From: Podarcis bocagei | Lineage: Eukaryota | Strand: one strand, 5' to 3' | Length of the DNA: 63,845 nt | Assembly: GCA_964188305.1 (NCBI GenBank) | Contig: OZ076885.1 | Shown here: positions 38,928-51,764 of the stretch, in pieces | Layout of the letters: each line of letters opens with the position of its first letter | Numbering within the stretch: the first letter of the stretch is position 1 | Made by a program: the position numbers and the translations under genes | The notes under the pieces: model-generated | The model's input: the letters and a program-made list of their open reading frames with translations, nothing else | Databases searched by the model: none | Told to the model about the DNA's origin: nothing

Positions 38928-39352
38928 TCTGCATCTTTTAACTCCCAAGTCCATGCTTCTGGGAGCCCTGGCCTTGTCAGGCTTTAGGAATCACGTATAT
39001 GCATCTATGTTGTCCAGCCTTTATGAGGTTGCTGTAGAAAACACTAGTGTCCCTGCTGCATAAAGACTTCTGTATAAAGTGTGGAGCTGCCTTCAGTCTC
39101 ATAGATCCACAGAGATGAGCTTGCCAACCCTCCCTTTTGAACTAAGGGATATGCAAGTTGTATAAAGAGACATAGTGCTGCTGTTTGCTTCATTTTATGA
39201 AGTGCCATTTCAGATATACAGGTGATGTATGTTTTTGAAAAATTGCTCAGTGAAAATTGTATCACTTTTTTAAAGCTACTATTTCACCTTAAAATAAGTT
39301 TAGTTCCTCTTTTAATTTGATTGAATTGTTTTCTTCTTCTTTTCTGATACAG

Positions 39353-39404
39353 AAACTTGCCTTCATGGTGTCTCTTGGACTGGTTACACATGACCATCTA
39401 GAAG
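39353..39404 (+). CDS. PHF21A: PHF21A coding exon (KLAFMVSLGLVTHDHLE), 52 nt, phase 0/1
   Basis: Manual translation matches recalled PHF21A; acceptor tacag, donor gtaaga. Confidence 0.96.
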
Positions 39405-40733
39405 GTAAGAAAAATGACTATGGCTGCAATCTTTGCACGCTATCAAGGAAAAAGTTTATTTAACTTAATGGTGCTTACTTCCAAGTAAATAAGTTTAGGA
39501 TTGAGCTGCATAAATTATTCCAGAGCTCTGGAATTAATGTAAAAGTTTCAAATATTTCTGCTTAGAGTGAATACTTTCCCATGTATCAAAGTTTAAAATA
39601 TCAGTTTTAAAAATGAAATATTTTCTGTTCAAGGTTATGGGTTGTTTCCTGGACTTGAAAAAATGACCAAATAGGATGATGATCCTAAATGCTAGTCTGA
39701 TTTTTAGGTTTCTGACTAGGAGATCTAAGGTCACAAATATGGTTTCTTCAATATCAGAACCACCACAGTACTATTTTTCAAATAACTTAATTTCCTTTAT
39801 CAATTAATTAGCACATAGTTTAAACTGAGGGAAATTATTTTGACTGGCAGGCTGGATCCTAGGTTCCCTCAACCCTGGCAGCAACTCTGCCAATCAGCTG
39901 ATCTCACTATGAAGTCAGGTGACTAATTTTTCATTTCTGTGCAACAACGCGTGCTGCAAAAGAAAACATGAGGCTTGAAGTTTTTGCCCATCAGCTGAAA
40001 GGCAGTGACTCCAAGTCTCTTTTCTGTAAGGATCAGCTGTGTTGCCAATTCAGTGGGCAGTGACACCAAGCCTACTTTCTGCAGAGATATCATCTGCACA
40101 GCGTATCCATCAGCCCACTGCAGTTCCATCTGCTCCACTTTGAACAACAGGGAACATGCTTTAAGCTCTCAATTGTGCCTTCACAGCCACATCTCTACCT
40201 GCCCCACACCTGTTGTCACATATGAAGTCAGGTGTGGGGCACATGGGAGTGGTTTGGGGAAAGCGGTCTCCCATGGCCTGGAGATTCCTCACCCCTGGGT
40301 TAAATATATTTAAATGGTTTTGTACCTTAAAAAAAGTTTGCAATATTTTGATATGAAGTTGTTGTAATCCACCTTTGCATTGAGAAATACTGGGATATAA
40401 GTCAAGCAAATAAATCAGTCTTCAAACAACTCCCTGCCTCTGGCAGAAATAAGTTGCCAGCAACAAATTTTGTGTGACACAGAATGTGGAAGATAAAAAT
40501 ATCAGCTGAGAGCTTTTGGAAGAGCAGAAAACACTTTCTCAAGCTAATTTACTTTCTTTTACTTCACTTTCCTCTCTACTTTCAACCCATTTATATAATA
40601 TGGATGTTTCTTCAGAATTAAGTTTGCATAGAGCATTTCAGAAACCGTAGTTCCTGATTCCTAACTTGCTCATACTAGATATTTAGGTCTTTGTGCCCTT
40701 TACAAATGCTTTTATTTCTACCCTTTTCCCAAG

Positions 40734-40813
40734 AAATACAAAGTAAGCGACAAGAAAGGAAACGAAGGACAACAGCAAATCCAGTGTACAGCGGAGCTGT
40801 CTTTGAGCCTGAG
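40734..40813 (+). CDS. PHF21A: PHF21A coding exon ([27 protein letters not shown]), 80 nt, phase 1/0
   Basis: Manual translation; AAG acceptor, donor gtaaca; 52+80 nt restores frame. Confidence 0.96.
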
Positions 40814-41274
40814 GTAACAATTTTTGCTTATAAAATAAGTAAATAACTTGCTGAAAAGCATTTTGCTCATTGCTTCAGCATTCTAGGTGTATGAAAACAA
40901 TCACATTCGAAGCTAGACAGTGGGACTGTCATCACTTAAGAGAGCATGAAGGACAATTAAAAATGGAAAGAAGTTTCCTACTTTATACTTTCTTTCCCTT
41001 ATATCTCCCCCCCTCCTCCTCCTTCTCTGGCATGATTGCAGACTTGGCATTGAATTATTTCTCTCATCACAAGTGGGATCAGCATTGCCTGTAATTGTGT
41101 GAAAGACTAGCTTTTCTACAGGGTAGTATCCAAACACTGAAACGATAATGGACATAATCTGAAGAAAGTTAAACCTACATTTGATTCTTACTGAAATTTA
41201 TGGATTTAAGTGCAAAAGCCTGTTTGCTTCAATGGTACTCAACACTTGTGTTCTTCCAGATTTTTTATATAGTC

Positions 41275-41276
<2 letters not shown>

Positions 41277-41308
<32 letters not shown>
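41277..41308. repeat. (TG)16 microsatellite
   Basis: Directly visible. Confidence 0.95.
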
Positions 41309-41313
<5 letters not shown>

Positions 41314-41370
41314 GTAGCTTTCACTTGCCAAAACAGTTGACCAACTACTTTGTTCCTTTCTTCTGTAAAG

Positions 41371-41431
41371 CGCAAGAAGAGCGCAGTCACATACCTGAAC
41401 AGCACAATGCATCCTGGGACACGTAAACGAG
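41371..41431 (+). CDS. PHF21A: PHF21A coding exon ([20 protein letters not shown]), 61 nt, phase 0/1
   Basis: Manual translation; AAG acceptor, donor gtaggt. Confidence 0.96.
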
Positions 41432-43207
41432 GTAGGTGTCTCATAATAGCACCTCCCTGTATGTTTATTTCCCTTTCTTTTGGACTGAAATAAAACAATA
41501 TAGAAAATAGTTTTGTGGTACTGAATACACATAGTAGGTATGCTGTAACCCTGGTAGGCAGCTACACTACAGAAGCAACCATTGTTGGTAGGCTTTGGGG
41601 GTAATCTGGAATGAATAAGGATATATATGGGAGAATTTCCTGTGTGTAAACTGCCCTGAGCCAGTAAAGATTCCCAACCCAGATTTGTAAATGTAACCCG
41701 TCATGCAGACTAGAAGGGGGGTGCCAAGGTGGTAACTGAGCTCCCATTCTGAGACTCTTCCTGGGTAGTGACTAAGTGCATTTGGTCCTATGTTAGGACT
41801 CACTGTTTATGAAATTATTTCTTGTTCTGTTAAGAACATGTTCAGGTTTCTTTGAAAGGCGAGTTACTTGAAATTTGATGAAATCGTGTGGCAACTGTGG
41901 TACTCTTAAAATTATTACAGGGATGCTTGCAAAATTCTTCCTACCCAATTTTCTCCTTAGATTTCAGGGTTCCGAATTCTTGATCTTTCTTATGGAATGG
42001 CACCAGTAATCTGCCATTTTTCCGTTTTTTATTGTACAGACTTTGTTTAGGCTGCTACACATGCAGTTCACTAGTTTTCCATTTGCATACTCCCCCCCAT
42101 ACACACACTTTACAGGTTACTAATCCATGCCAGCAAAGGCAAACGTTGATTAATATACTAACGAAAAAGGCAGTAGTAACATGGCCATATCTATTCATAT
42201 GCCCTAGTGTGTATCTGTAAACTGTTAAGGGTTAGGAGTAATGTTGAAAATGGAAAACTGGCAAACTGCATATAAGCCAGTCCTGAGATGTATTTTAGAA
42301 ATTGTCCATGTAAAACTATAAGGCAGGTAAAGCAGAGCATGGGGCAGCCAATCCATGGAACAAGAAAAGAACTTGGGATATCTATTTTATCCCTTGATCT
42401 AAACTGTGCTGCTTCCACTGTGAACAATATATCTAGTATTAAAGGAAAGAGATCCCAATTGAAACTGAGATGGTGTGAACTGTGGAAGGTTTGCTCAGAA
42501 ACACTTTTCCTTGAGGAGGGAAGGTTTCTGCATTCTCCCTGCATCTTGAACCTTTAAGTGTTGTTTGGTCTCCAACAAGCAGATGATGCACAGTTTTTGA
42601 AGTTTTGTGATGAAGCCCTCAGCTTCAGTAAGTTGTGACAGCTATCGACATGGTTGAGTTCAAGAGAGGTTAAGTTAATTCCTAATGCTTTGGGTGACCC
42701 TAAGATCACCAGAGAATGTATGTTGATGGCCAGGAATCAGAAGGGTACTATATCATCAATGCTTGTTGTTGCTAATACATCACCAAGCATGTCTGTTTTG
42801 TGTCTGAGACAAGTTACTACTGATCTGCTCTCGTGTGGTGGTTGCTGTGTTCTTAGAGCCAGCCAATTGCACAGTAGAACTAAGCTTGGCTTTGAGATTA
42901 ATTTATTTTGACTCTGTTCAGTGCTAAATATCATGGGTGAGCACTGAATGCCCTTTCTGTAATGCTTTCTAATGTTTCCTCTGCTCCTGGGCCTGTTGTT
43001 CAAAAACAAATGGCCAGGTCAGAGGACGTAAGTTGTATAATACTTGATATTTCAAATGTTAAAAGATAAATGCACTATGTACCTAATAGGATGAGTGTGT
43101 TCATGCACATGAGTGTTTGGGTGAGTTATTAGGTAGCTCAGTAGAGTGCATTTGTCTCTTTCTGTTTAGCCCACTGATTTGAATTTGCTTAAAATGATAG
43201 TGCCTGA

Positions 43208-43275
<68 letters not shown>
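43208..43275. repeat. (TAT)n microsatellite, about 22 units
   Basis: Directly visible. Confidence 0.95.
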
Positions 43276-44301
43276 GTCTTTGACAGCTTTTGGCATTTTG
43301 AAAATAAGGTGATGGTCTCATTGCAGTTTACATTGAGCAGGCTTTACTTTCTCCAAAAACTGCTGCCATAACTGCTCAGTTCAGCTATTAGTGCATTTCC
43401 CCAGGAGATCAGATGTTCAGAGGAGCCCTTCTTTCCTTGCATAATTTTTTCTCACCTGAAGCAAAATTGGATGTACTGGGTTTTTTTGCACTGATGTTGG
43501 CTTTCTGTCCCTCAACACACAGAGGGCATTGGCCTTCAGTGCCACTTTCCATCAGAGTTGTTAGGTGCCATTTACTGAAGATAATGATTACTATGCATGT
43601 TTAATTTGATCTTCCTGCCTCTTTTCTCAGTCTCTAGCTTCACTTATTGACTGCTTAAATATCTTTATTTATATATTCCTCTCTGAGCATATGCCTCTCA
43701 TCAATCACCAGAGTAGTGGTAATACAAAAGACAAAGATTGCTGTTTCCTACAGTGTTGTGATTTCACTTGGAATAATAGCACACTTTATCGTGAGTTATA
43801 TCTTCCTACAGTCAGCAGGATAGGATTTTATCTTAACTCTTCATACTTGCAGATTTGCTTTGTTGAGGCTTTCTCCCACTTAGGCTAGCTTACAGCTCCT
43901 TTTGCTGAGAGAGATCTCATGGGGTTGCAGGCCATAATTTTCTCTGGCATTTGTGGAATGTTGTGAGTTTTTCTTAGCACAAAGGTGGTATTTAGATGTA
44001 GGTTTCACCTTAGGCTCACTGAGGGTGATTTACCAATGGTCATAACAATGTGATGGAGATACCATGATAAACTAGAGTGGTAGAAATCATGGCAGCTTTT
44101 CTTTGCCAGTGGAATTTGGGGCTGGTAAGTTAAAAGTTAAAGACATTAGTGTGGTTATATAGATATATTGGGAGTAGTGCTCTTTCTGAAGGCATGTGTT
44201 TTCTCTCTTGTGATACCATCCTTCCTTACACAATTCTCCTTTAAGTGTCTTAAAAATAACTTTACAGTCCTGACTTGGCTTTCTTTCACTCGTGACTATA
44301 A

Positions 44302-44348
44302 TACTAACTTCTTCTCTGTACTACATCACTTCCTTTTTTTCATGCTAG
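44302..44348 (+). promoter_or_regulatory. Microexon 3' splice-site module: TACTAAC branch point, polypyrimidine tract, UGC motif
   Basis: TACTAAC 44302-44308; U/C tract; TGC 44343-44345 just before AG 44347-44348. Confidence 0.75.
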
Positions 44349-44371
44349 CCAATGAGGAGCACTGGCCAAAG
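44349..44371 (+). CDS. PHF21A: PHF21A 23-nt neuronal microexon (ANEEHWPK), mutually exclusive with the AT-hook exon
   Basis: catgctag|CCAATGAGGAGCACTGGCCAAAG|gtatgt; phase 1 to 0 fits the flanking exons; ANEEHWPK is the known alternative PHF21A peptide. Confidence 0.92.
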
Positions 44372-44423
44372 GTATGTAAGATTATTTCCCCTCCCCTTTT
44401 TGTTCCCTTTTGTTAATGTGTAG

Positions 44424-44587
44424 GTCGTCCACCTAAATACAACACGGTGCTGGGGTTTGGGGCTCTGACCCCCACATCCCCTCTGTCCAGTCATCCTGAC
44501 TCCCCTGAAAATGAAAAGACAGAGACCACATTTTCTTTCCCCGCAACTGTTCATCCTGTGTCCCTGCCCAGCCCCAGCTCCACAGAC
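44424..44587 (+). CDS. PHF21A: PHF21A AT-hook exon ([17 protein letters not shown]...PSPSSTD), 164 nt, phase 1/0
   Basis: Completes the RKR-GRPPK AT-hook; acceptor gtgtag, donor gtaagt. Confidence 0.95.
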
Positions 44588-46497
44588 GTAAGTAATTCTT
44601 CCTGAGAGGTTTGCTGTTCGAAGAGACCGTGGAGACTTCAGAATTTGGTTCTTTAGATGCACTGGTATTATGGTAAACTGCAATAATATGACCCCCTTCT
44701 TCAGCCCCCTACACTTCTACCTGTACCTATTCACCCCCCACCCAAACTCTGGAGTAGTATATATATATCTATATGATATCCACAGGACATGCCAGAATGT
44801 TCATATCCTAGAATCGTAGAATTGTAGAGTTAGAAGGGGAAGTATTTCAAAGTTCTATAAGCCCTTCCCAGATGCACAGTGATGCAGTGAATTAAAGACA
44901 GTGCATATGTGATATATTTCAGCAATCTAGTGGCAGGAGGAGAACAGGTCCTGTCACACAATTATGTATTATTACTGAATCAATAAAGTAAGGAGAAATT
45001 CTTGCTCAAGATAGTTGGACACAGCGTTAGTGGAATCAGAGGGAGTGCCTTCACTGACACCTGGCAGTTGCTTCTCGTTTATGGATTCTGCATACCTATC
45101 TGGGGAAAAGTTTTCTTTTCTGTGAAAGTATCCTCCTGGTATGTGAGCCCAGTTGCCTATTCTGCCAGTTTAGCACAGGCTGAATTAAAGTTGATCTAAT
45201 CCATAGCTTGATCTGCAGCACTGTCTGTTTTTGGAGAGTGTGAGTGGTAAATTTTTATTACTCAGAAGGAAGGTAAATCCATCCTTCTCATGATAGCTGG
45301 GTTGGAATTGGAAGTTCTGGACTCACAACCTTGGTCAAGTCTCATCACTTCTCTGTACCTTCGTTTCCTCATAATAAATAGCTCCATGGTTGTAAGACCC
45401 AACTAATGAACACATTTTACACACAATCAGACTTGCATAACTTTTATGTTCTAGTGGGCTGCACTAGATGTTCCTCCAATCTGTTTTTTTATGCTGCTGA
45501 GCTAAGAGCCTCTGCATCTCATTCATGAAATATGCAGCTTGAGGATTGCTCTAACTTACATAACTGTATCTGTAGCCTCATTGTTGAAGCAGCCAAGAAT
45601 AGCGAAATCAGGAACACCATCAGTATCTTTTCTGCACTGCTGGGTATTGCAAATGATAAAATCAACAGGCAGCATTCCTATAGGATGCAAGTTCTGTGTT
45701 AAGAGCCATAGTCATTCATTCTCTAGGTATTGTATTATTCATGAAATCTCCCAAACTATCAGAAGGCAGTAGTAAAAATTGATCCAAACAAAGAGGACTT
45801 TCCTGCTGATTCAGCATGGTGTGCACACATGCACATGAACACATTCTACTTATAACAGGTTTGACAAAGGTTGCTAGACTCTTAAGCACATTGGCTTTAT
45901 AAATAAAGCACTAGGACAGTGAGCTCATTGTCATTCCAGTTGATGTCTGTTGCACATTTTTACATAATGTTCTGAGCTTTCGGTAATGATGTAATTCTGA
46001 TTAGCCATCAGCCTTCAAGCCTACAGTGTTTTGCTAAATATCCATCCACCAAACATGTACACACATCACATGAATGTATTGCTTCCTCCAGAAATTCACC
46101 TCCTATTTCACTTCAGTGGTGTGTGTTTTTTGGAGAATTTATGGTAAATTGGTTTGTTTTCAGTTGTGTCCCTCCACTCACCAAAGATTCTTTAATCCAA
46201 TATAGGATTCCCTTAATGGAATGGGGGCAGGCATTGTTTGCTGATTTCCCCCCATCTCTCTGCAGTCCTAGACCTTCCCTGGTCTGCTCCAAAGGATTGT
46301 GGAGGTTGATGGGGCAGGTGGCCCCAGAAGATAATGAAAACTGCTTCCCTTCCATTCATGGAAACCTCTGCTAGTGCAGAGTACTGCCCATTAATGGAGA
46401 GAAACAACTGAGTACAACCTTCTGATCTTGTTAGCTTCTGAATATCTTTAACTGCCATAATCAGTTACTCAGATTAAGATGCTCATTAGGTTTCAGC

Positions 46498-46633
46498 TAG
46501 GATGTGGGATCTGTGGCCTTCCAGATGTTGCTCTACTCAAACTTTCATTAGTCTTGGCTAGCACAGCCAGAGGTCAGGGGATTTTGTAAATTTGTTCAGC
46601 AGTATTTGGAGAGCTATATGCTCCCCATCCCTG
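46498..46633. mobile_element. Short decayed foldback (MITE-like) repeat
   Basis: ggccttccagatgttgct...cagcagtatttggagagct imperfect inverted arms. Confidence 0.45.
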
Positions 46634-46865
46634 TTCTAGGGAAACCTCATTGTGTTTGTCCTCCATGCAATCACAAAATACAAGAAAAAAGTAGGCCGTT
46701 TGAGTTTGGGTAGTCATAACGCTTCAAGAGATACATGAAAGTTTAACTCTGTTGAGTGGACAATATGAAACTGGCTGTATTATTATAGATTGAACTACCT
46801 TAGAACCCAACAATGCTCAAGTCACAGGGGATCCAACCCCCTTATATTTTGTGAACTCATCTTAG

Positions 46866-46890
46866 CTACTACTACTACTACTACTACTAC
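46866..46890. repeat. (CTA)8 microsatellite
   Basis: Directly visible. Confidence 0.9.
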
Positions 46891-49199
46891 ACTGTAGAAA
46901 GCTACAGAGAGGGGTATGACTGACTTAAAAGCTGGGTGGGGGGGTTGAGGGATAAAATGTGAGGTTTTCATTAAGTCCCCCCCTTCCCCCCCATAATTTG
47001 AACATTGGAATCCAGCACTCATTTGATATGTAGAACTTGCAAAATCAAAGCATCTTTACATGCCAAAGTCAGGATAGCACAGTAAATTTAGGAATTAATA
47101 GAGAGAGGTTTCCATCAAAGTGTGAAGGCTTGGTTTTCAGTGTCAAAGTTTAAGCCTCAGCTAATGTTTGTGGGTAATATCCTCCCACCCACCAGTGGTT
47201 GGTATTCTGGCATCATTTAATATGTATTCTTAATAAAGATGGGCACATTAGCATGCTATGTAAGGCAGTAGAAAACATCTGGCATAATTCAAATCCTACC
47301 ACTGCTCAGTTTGATATGGAAGATTGAATTACATATTTTAAGGAGGCTGTGACACTTTTATTTCTTTCAAATTTTATCCCTATATTCTGAATTTGAAGAA
47401 AGCTTTAGAGATTGGGATTTGGATGTAGCAATTTTCCAGAGCAGCCCTCAGTTGATTGAAATTCGTGTATTAAGCCATTTTCTGTTACCTTATTTCTGTT
47501 CTTTTTAGCTCTTCTTCTCTTTCTGCATTTCTGTACAGTAATCTACAAATAAAAATAGTAACTATGAGATGGTAACGGCAGAAGGAAAGAGAGAAAAGGA
47601 AACTAAATGGCTTTGCTAAGAATTTTGCATCCTAAAGTGAAGAGATAAGGAAGGGAAAGTAATGCAAAGAGTCATGCAAAACTGAAATGTTCTTGCTATT
47701 AAAACTAGTACTGGGGCCTTTGTTGCCATTTTACAGCTGGGGATGGTGTTTCGTGTGAGTCTGGTTTGGTCAAGGTTTTCCATCTCTTCTATCGAAAGGC
47801 CAAGTTTACGTAAAATAAATCAGAAAAAGTATACCTATTACTGGATATTGCAGTGATGCACCAAGGTTAAAGTTATATTAGGCTTAAAGTGGCGCATTAA
47901 CTTAATTTTGCAACCAGTGCCTTCTACTTCCAAAATATTGAAAAGATGATGGCACATGAAACACATTTCTTAGGAAAGACTGTAGCTACCTTAAGAGGTA
48001 GCACCCAGGTGAAATTATGCTTATGCTCATGCTAAGCATGCCCAAGGCTATATTCCATAGCCTTTTGCAAACAATAATTTTATTGTACAATAAATATGTA
48101 GATCTTACTCATATTTGCAGAGAATCCAGGCAGCCTTTCTCCTCAGTGCTGTTCCCCAGATATCACATTTTGCCAATGTGTAGGCCACAGCTCTTTTGCC
48201 AATAGAAAGCATTAATTTTATATTTTATCTTTGGCCCCCACCTGCCTAACCCATCCCCTTGCTTTCTTGTTTTGATTTGGCGTGCTGTGTGGAATGAGGC
48301 TGTACAGATGTCACAGGCACCTAGAAATGGCCATGACTTCACTGCTCACAATTTTCTGCCCCTATAGCTGTGCAGATTTTGCTTATTTGCTTAGAGGCTT
48401 ATCAATCCAGTGTGGTCATATAGCCATTGAAAATAAAGACATACAGTAGCAGCAGCAACCACCACAACAAATCTCTCTTATCCATCATGGTTAATGATAT
48501 CAGCTTTTATTCCTTGTATATGTGTTAGTTTCACTCCTCTCCAGCATTGGAATATTCATATTCACTATTTGATTTATGCACTCTATCCCCAAACAAAATA
48601 AGCACCTCAGTATTGTGAGCTCCTAGTGTTGGATCGGGCTACTAGTGTTGGATTTAAATTATTAGTTGCTTACTACAAAAGTCTCTAATGGAGCAATCCT
48701 AACTATAGAAAGCTAGCATAAGTAATACTGGCATGTTACAGTGGCAAAAGTTACCCTTATTCCAAACTCAGTTCAGAAGGAATAGGACACTCTTTGCCAG
48801 CTACGTTGGCTGGGCTGCTGGCTGTTTGGAAGAGGTTTGGAAGAGGTGTAAGTCTCTCCTTGCTCTGCCACATCTCCAGAATGCCCCCTTCTGGGGGGAA
48901 CTTGTGCTAGTGTAAATGATACCGTCTTAAGATCCACCGGCTGAGCACCCATTAAGATCTGCCATATCCAAATTCTTTCATCCCAGTGGATCCTAGTTTC
49001 AGTTACACTGCAAGTGACTTACAATCTTTTGGTTTTTAACTTTTTTGTAACAAAAAAACAGAAGCTAAAGCATTCTGCACTACCAGGGCCACCTGTCCCT
49101 CAAGTGACAGCAGTGGATACAGATTATGGACCTTTCAGAATGAGTCTCACCCTGCCAAGAGCAGATTGCATGCCATTCACCTGGTCAGAAGATCCACCT

Positions 49200-49420
49200 G
49201 CTAATCCATCTTGGCTGGATTAAGACTCATGTCATTGGTCCTCATCCAGTCCATTATCATGACAGGGCACCAATCAGCAGATCCACTGCCTACCTGCAGA
49301 AGATGACATAAGAGCTGTGTGTCATCAGCATGGTGATGACAGCACACTCTCAGACGCTGTCTAATCCCACCCAGCATTAAGTGAAACGTGGGTGACAAGT
49401 TCTGCACCTCCTGGAGAACC
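49200..49420 (-). mobile_element. Degenerate L2/CR1-clade reverse transcriptase fragment
   Basis: ORF track peptide HADDTQL...MDWMRTNDMSLNPAKMD resembles YADDTQL...WMxxNxLxLNPxKTE. Confidence 0.7.
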
Positions 49421-49799
49421 GAACCTATTGCGGCACTTTAAAAATGTTTTCCATATAGTGGATCACTGGGACTTTCACCCCATATTTAATTTCACTTACT
49501 TGGAAATAAGATGGGTGTGATCCTTAACTATATAAATAAGTGATCTGTACTTTATAGTTTGAAATTGTACTAGGGTAGACATGGTGGCATTTGAAGAAGC
49601 TGTGGCCCTTGACGTTCCTTGTGGTTCTTTTCTGTCTGAAGAAAGTGGATCTAATCGTCAGGCACCCTTTGGTAGCTTTCTTTCTGTGTTTCATGAAAAG
49701 GATATTATTTGGGGGATTTCATTCACTTAGGACTTTACTTTGAACTGGAATTTAGTTTTCAAAGTTTGTAAGTTCCCTTTCCCCCCTCTAATTTTATAG

Positions 49800-49955
49800 G
49801 GTGATATCCATGAAGATTTTTGCAGTGTTTGCAGGAAAAGTGGGCAGTTGCTGATGTGTGACACGTGCTCACGTGTGTATCACTTGGACTGTCTGGACCC
49901 ACCTCTGAAAACTATTCCCAAGGGCATGTGGATCTGTCCCAAATGTCAAGACCAG
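49800..49955 (+). CDS. PHF21A: PHF21A PHD-finger exon ([52 protein letters not shown])
   Basis: C4HC3 PHD signature; acceptor ttttatag, donor gtattg; 156 nt. Confidence 0.98.
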
Positions 49956-51688
49956 GTATTGTTTGACACGAAAGGGGAAGCCTCTCGCAATGGTTCTCTG
50001 CTTTTGGACAAAATGGGTGGGGCACATGGCTTAGACTTTGAGAGGGTGACAATATCTGACCTGAACTGAAATGGCCTCACAAATTCAAAGCCATCAAACG
50101 TTTGCTTTTCTGTTCCACATCTCAGGGTACTAAACAGCCATTTATTTGCCATGGCAAAGCTCAAAGACTTACGGGGAAGATTCCCTTTGATCCACTTGCA
50201 TCTTTATCTATTTCTGCTTCCACAAAATAATGTTAGCTTCATTCTACAATACATGTGTTGGAAAGTCCAGTATTTTAAGGTCTAGGACAAAGCTACATGC
50301 TGGAAAAGCAATGTTTGCATGATAATGCAGGGACACAGGGCATTTTACAGGTGAGAGTTAGCAGGCATGAGATAGATGCTAAATCTTTCCCCATAGCTGG
50401 CTCTGAGAGCAAAAATAAGCCCAGCTGGGGAGGAACGTTTTGTGATGAATAACCACATGATTAAACACCCATCTCCCACCCACCAATTCTCTTCTGGAAA
50501 TGCCCCGCTACTCCTGCATTGCTGTTAATCAACAAACACATTTGTGGGAAATGCATGTTTGCCAAAGTAACATGTAGTTTTCTCCATGGAGACTGCTCTT
50601 TGCTATCAGAGTGTTTTTCCTTTAGCTAATTAGATCAGCAGTTTGTGAATCATGAAGTCACAATCCTCTCTACTGGCAAGTTTTAAGATCAGATATGTTG
50701 TCTCTTCATTCCTGTTCAGCTTGTTAAAATTTCATCAGCAGAAAATGTTTGTAGATGCAAGGGAATGTACAAAATTGCTGACATGGTGATTAAACAGGCT
50801 TCCCTTGTGGGAGGTTTAGCATAGATGTGTGAGTATTTCATGCTATTAAATCTTGAGGGTCTTCCCAAACTATTGTGGAGGTTTTTGTGTGTGCAGTAAA
50901 TGCAATGTTTACTTGCTTGAGGTGCGTGTTGAGTTGTGGATCAGGCATCTTTTTTGGATAATGCTTCTGTTGAAGAATTTCCCCAGTACTCAAACCTCAG
51001 TATTCTTTTGCTTGGAATTTCCTTCCCCTCTCCCCCCTCCCCATTTCAGCATACTATTGTGAGTGCTGTGTATAAGCTGGTTTTGAATATCAGAGGCACA
51101 TATGTTTTAGTGATTAGTAACACAATTCCCCTTCTTCCTACCAGCGCCTCACTATTTTGTTATCCATTTAGGGATTTTTATTTTTTTTTAATTAATTCTT
51201 TAGGGGCTGAATGCTTGCCTGCTGAAACAACCAAGCATAGAAATGATCATGTAATTGCCTTCATTTTGTTTTTTAATGTAGACTTTAAAGCAACAAGGCT
51301 ACCCTTCCTTACCATTTTATGAAATTTATGTTTTTTATTTAGTTCTTGAAAGGTTACGTGTTATCCCCATGCACTTGATAGCACTGCAGCACAGTCTTCC
51401 TCTCCCTCCTTTTGATATGTGGATATAGTCTGGTTCATTTCTCCTTCCCATTGGCCTCCCACATCCATCACATGTCAACAAAGCATCAGGCTTCTTGTCC
51501 CGGACCAGAACTAGCAGCAACCCAAGAGTAGAACAAAGGGGGATTTTAAGTTGTTTTATTGCCTGGGAAGGGCCTAAGAAGAGAATGGCATTGATTTTAA
51601 TAGTTGTTGTGTAAGATACCCTTTAGTGTGTGTCATCTTTCCTGGAGGTAGAACATGTCAGCCAAGTGTTCCTTCTCCTTTCTTTCAG

Positions 51689-51764
51689 ATGCTAAAGAAA
51701 GAAGAAGCAATCCCGTGGCCAGGAACTTTAGCAATTGTTCATTCATATATTGCCTACAAAGCAG
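51689..51764 (+). CDS. PHF21A: PHF21A coding exon ([25 protein letters not shown]), 76 nt
   Basis: Translation; acceptor ctttcag, donor gtaaga. Confidence 0.96.

Noticed and set aside
38928-38954. ATG at 38954 as a true start of the 626-aa ORF
   Set aside because: It lies in host flank beyond the TSD and is in frame by chance; no promoter evidence
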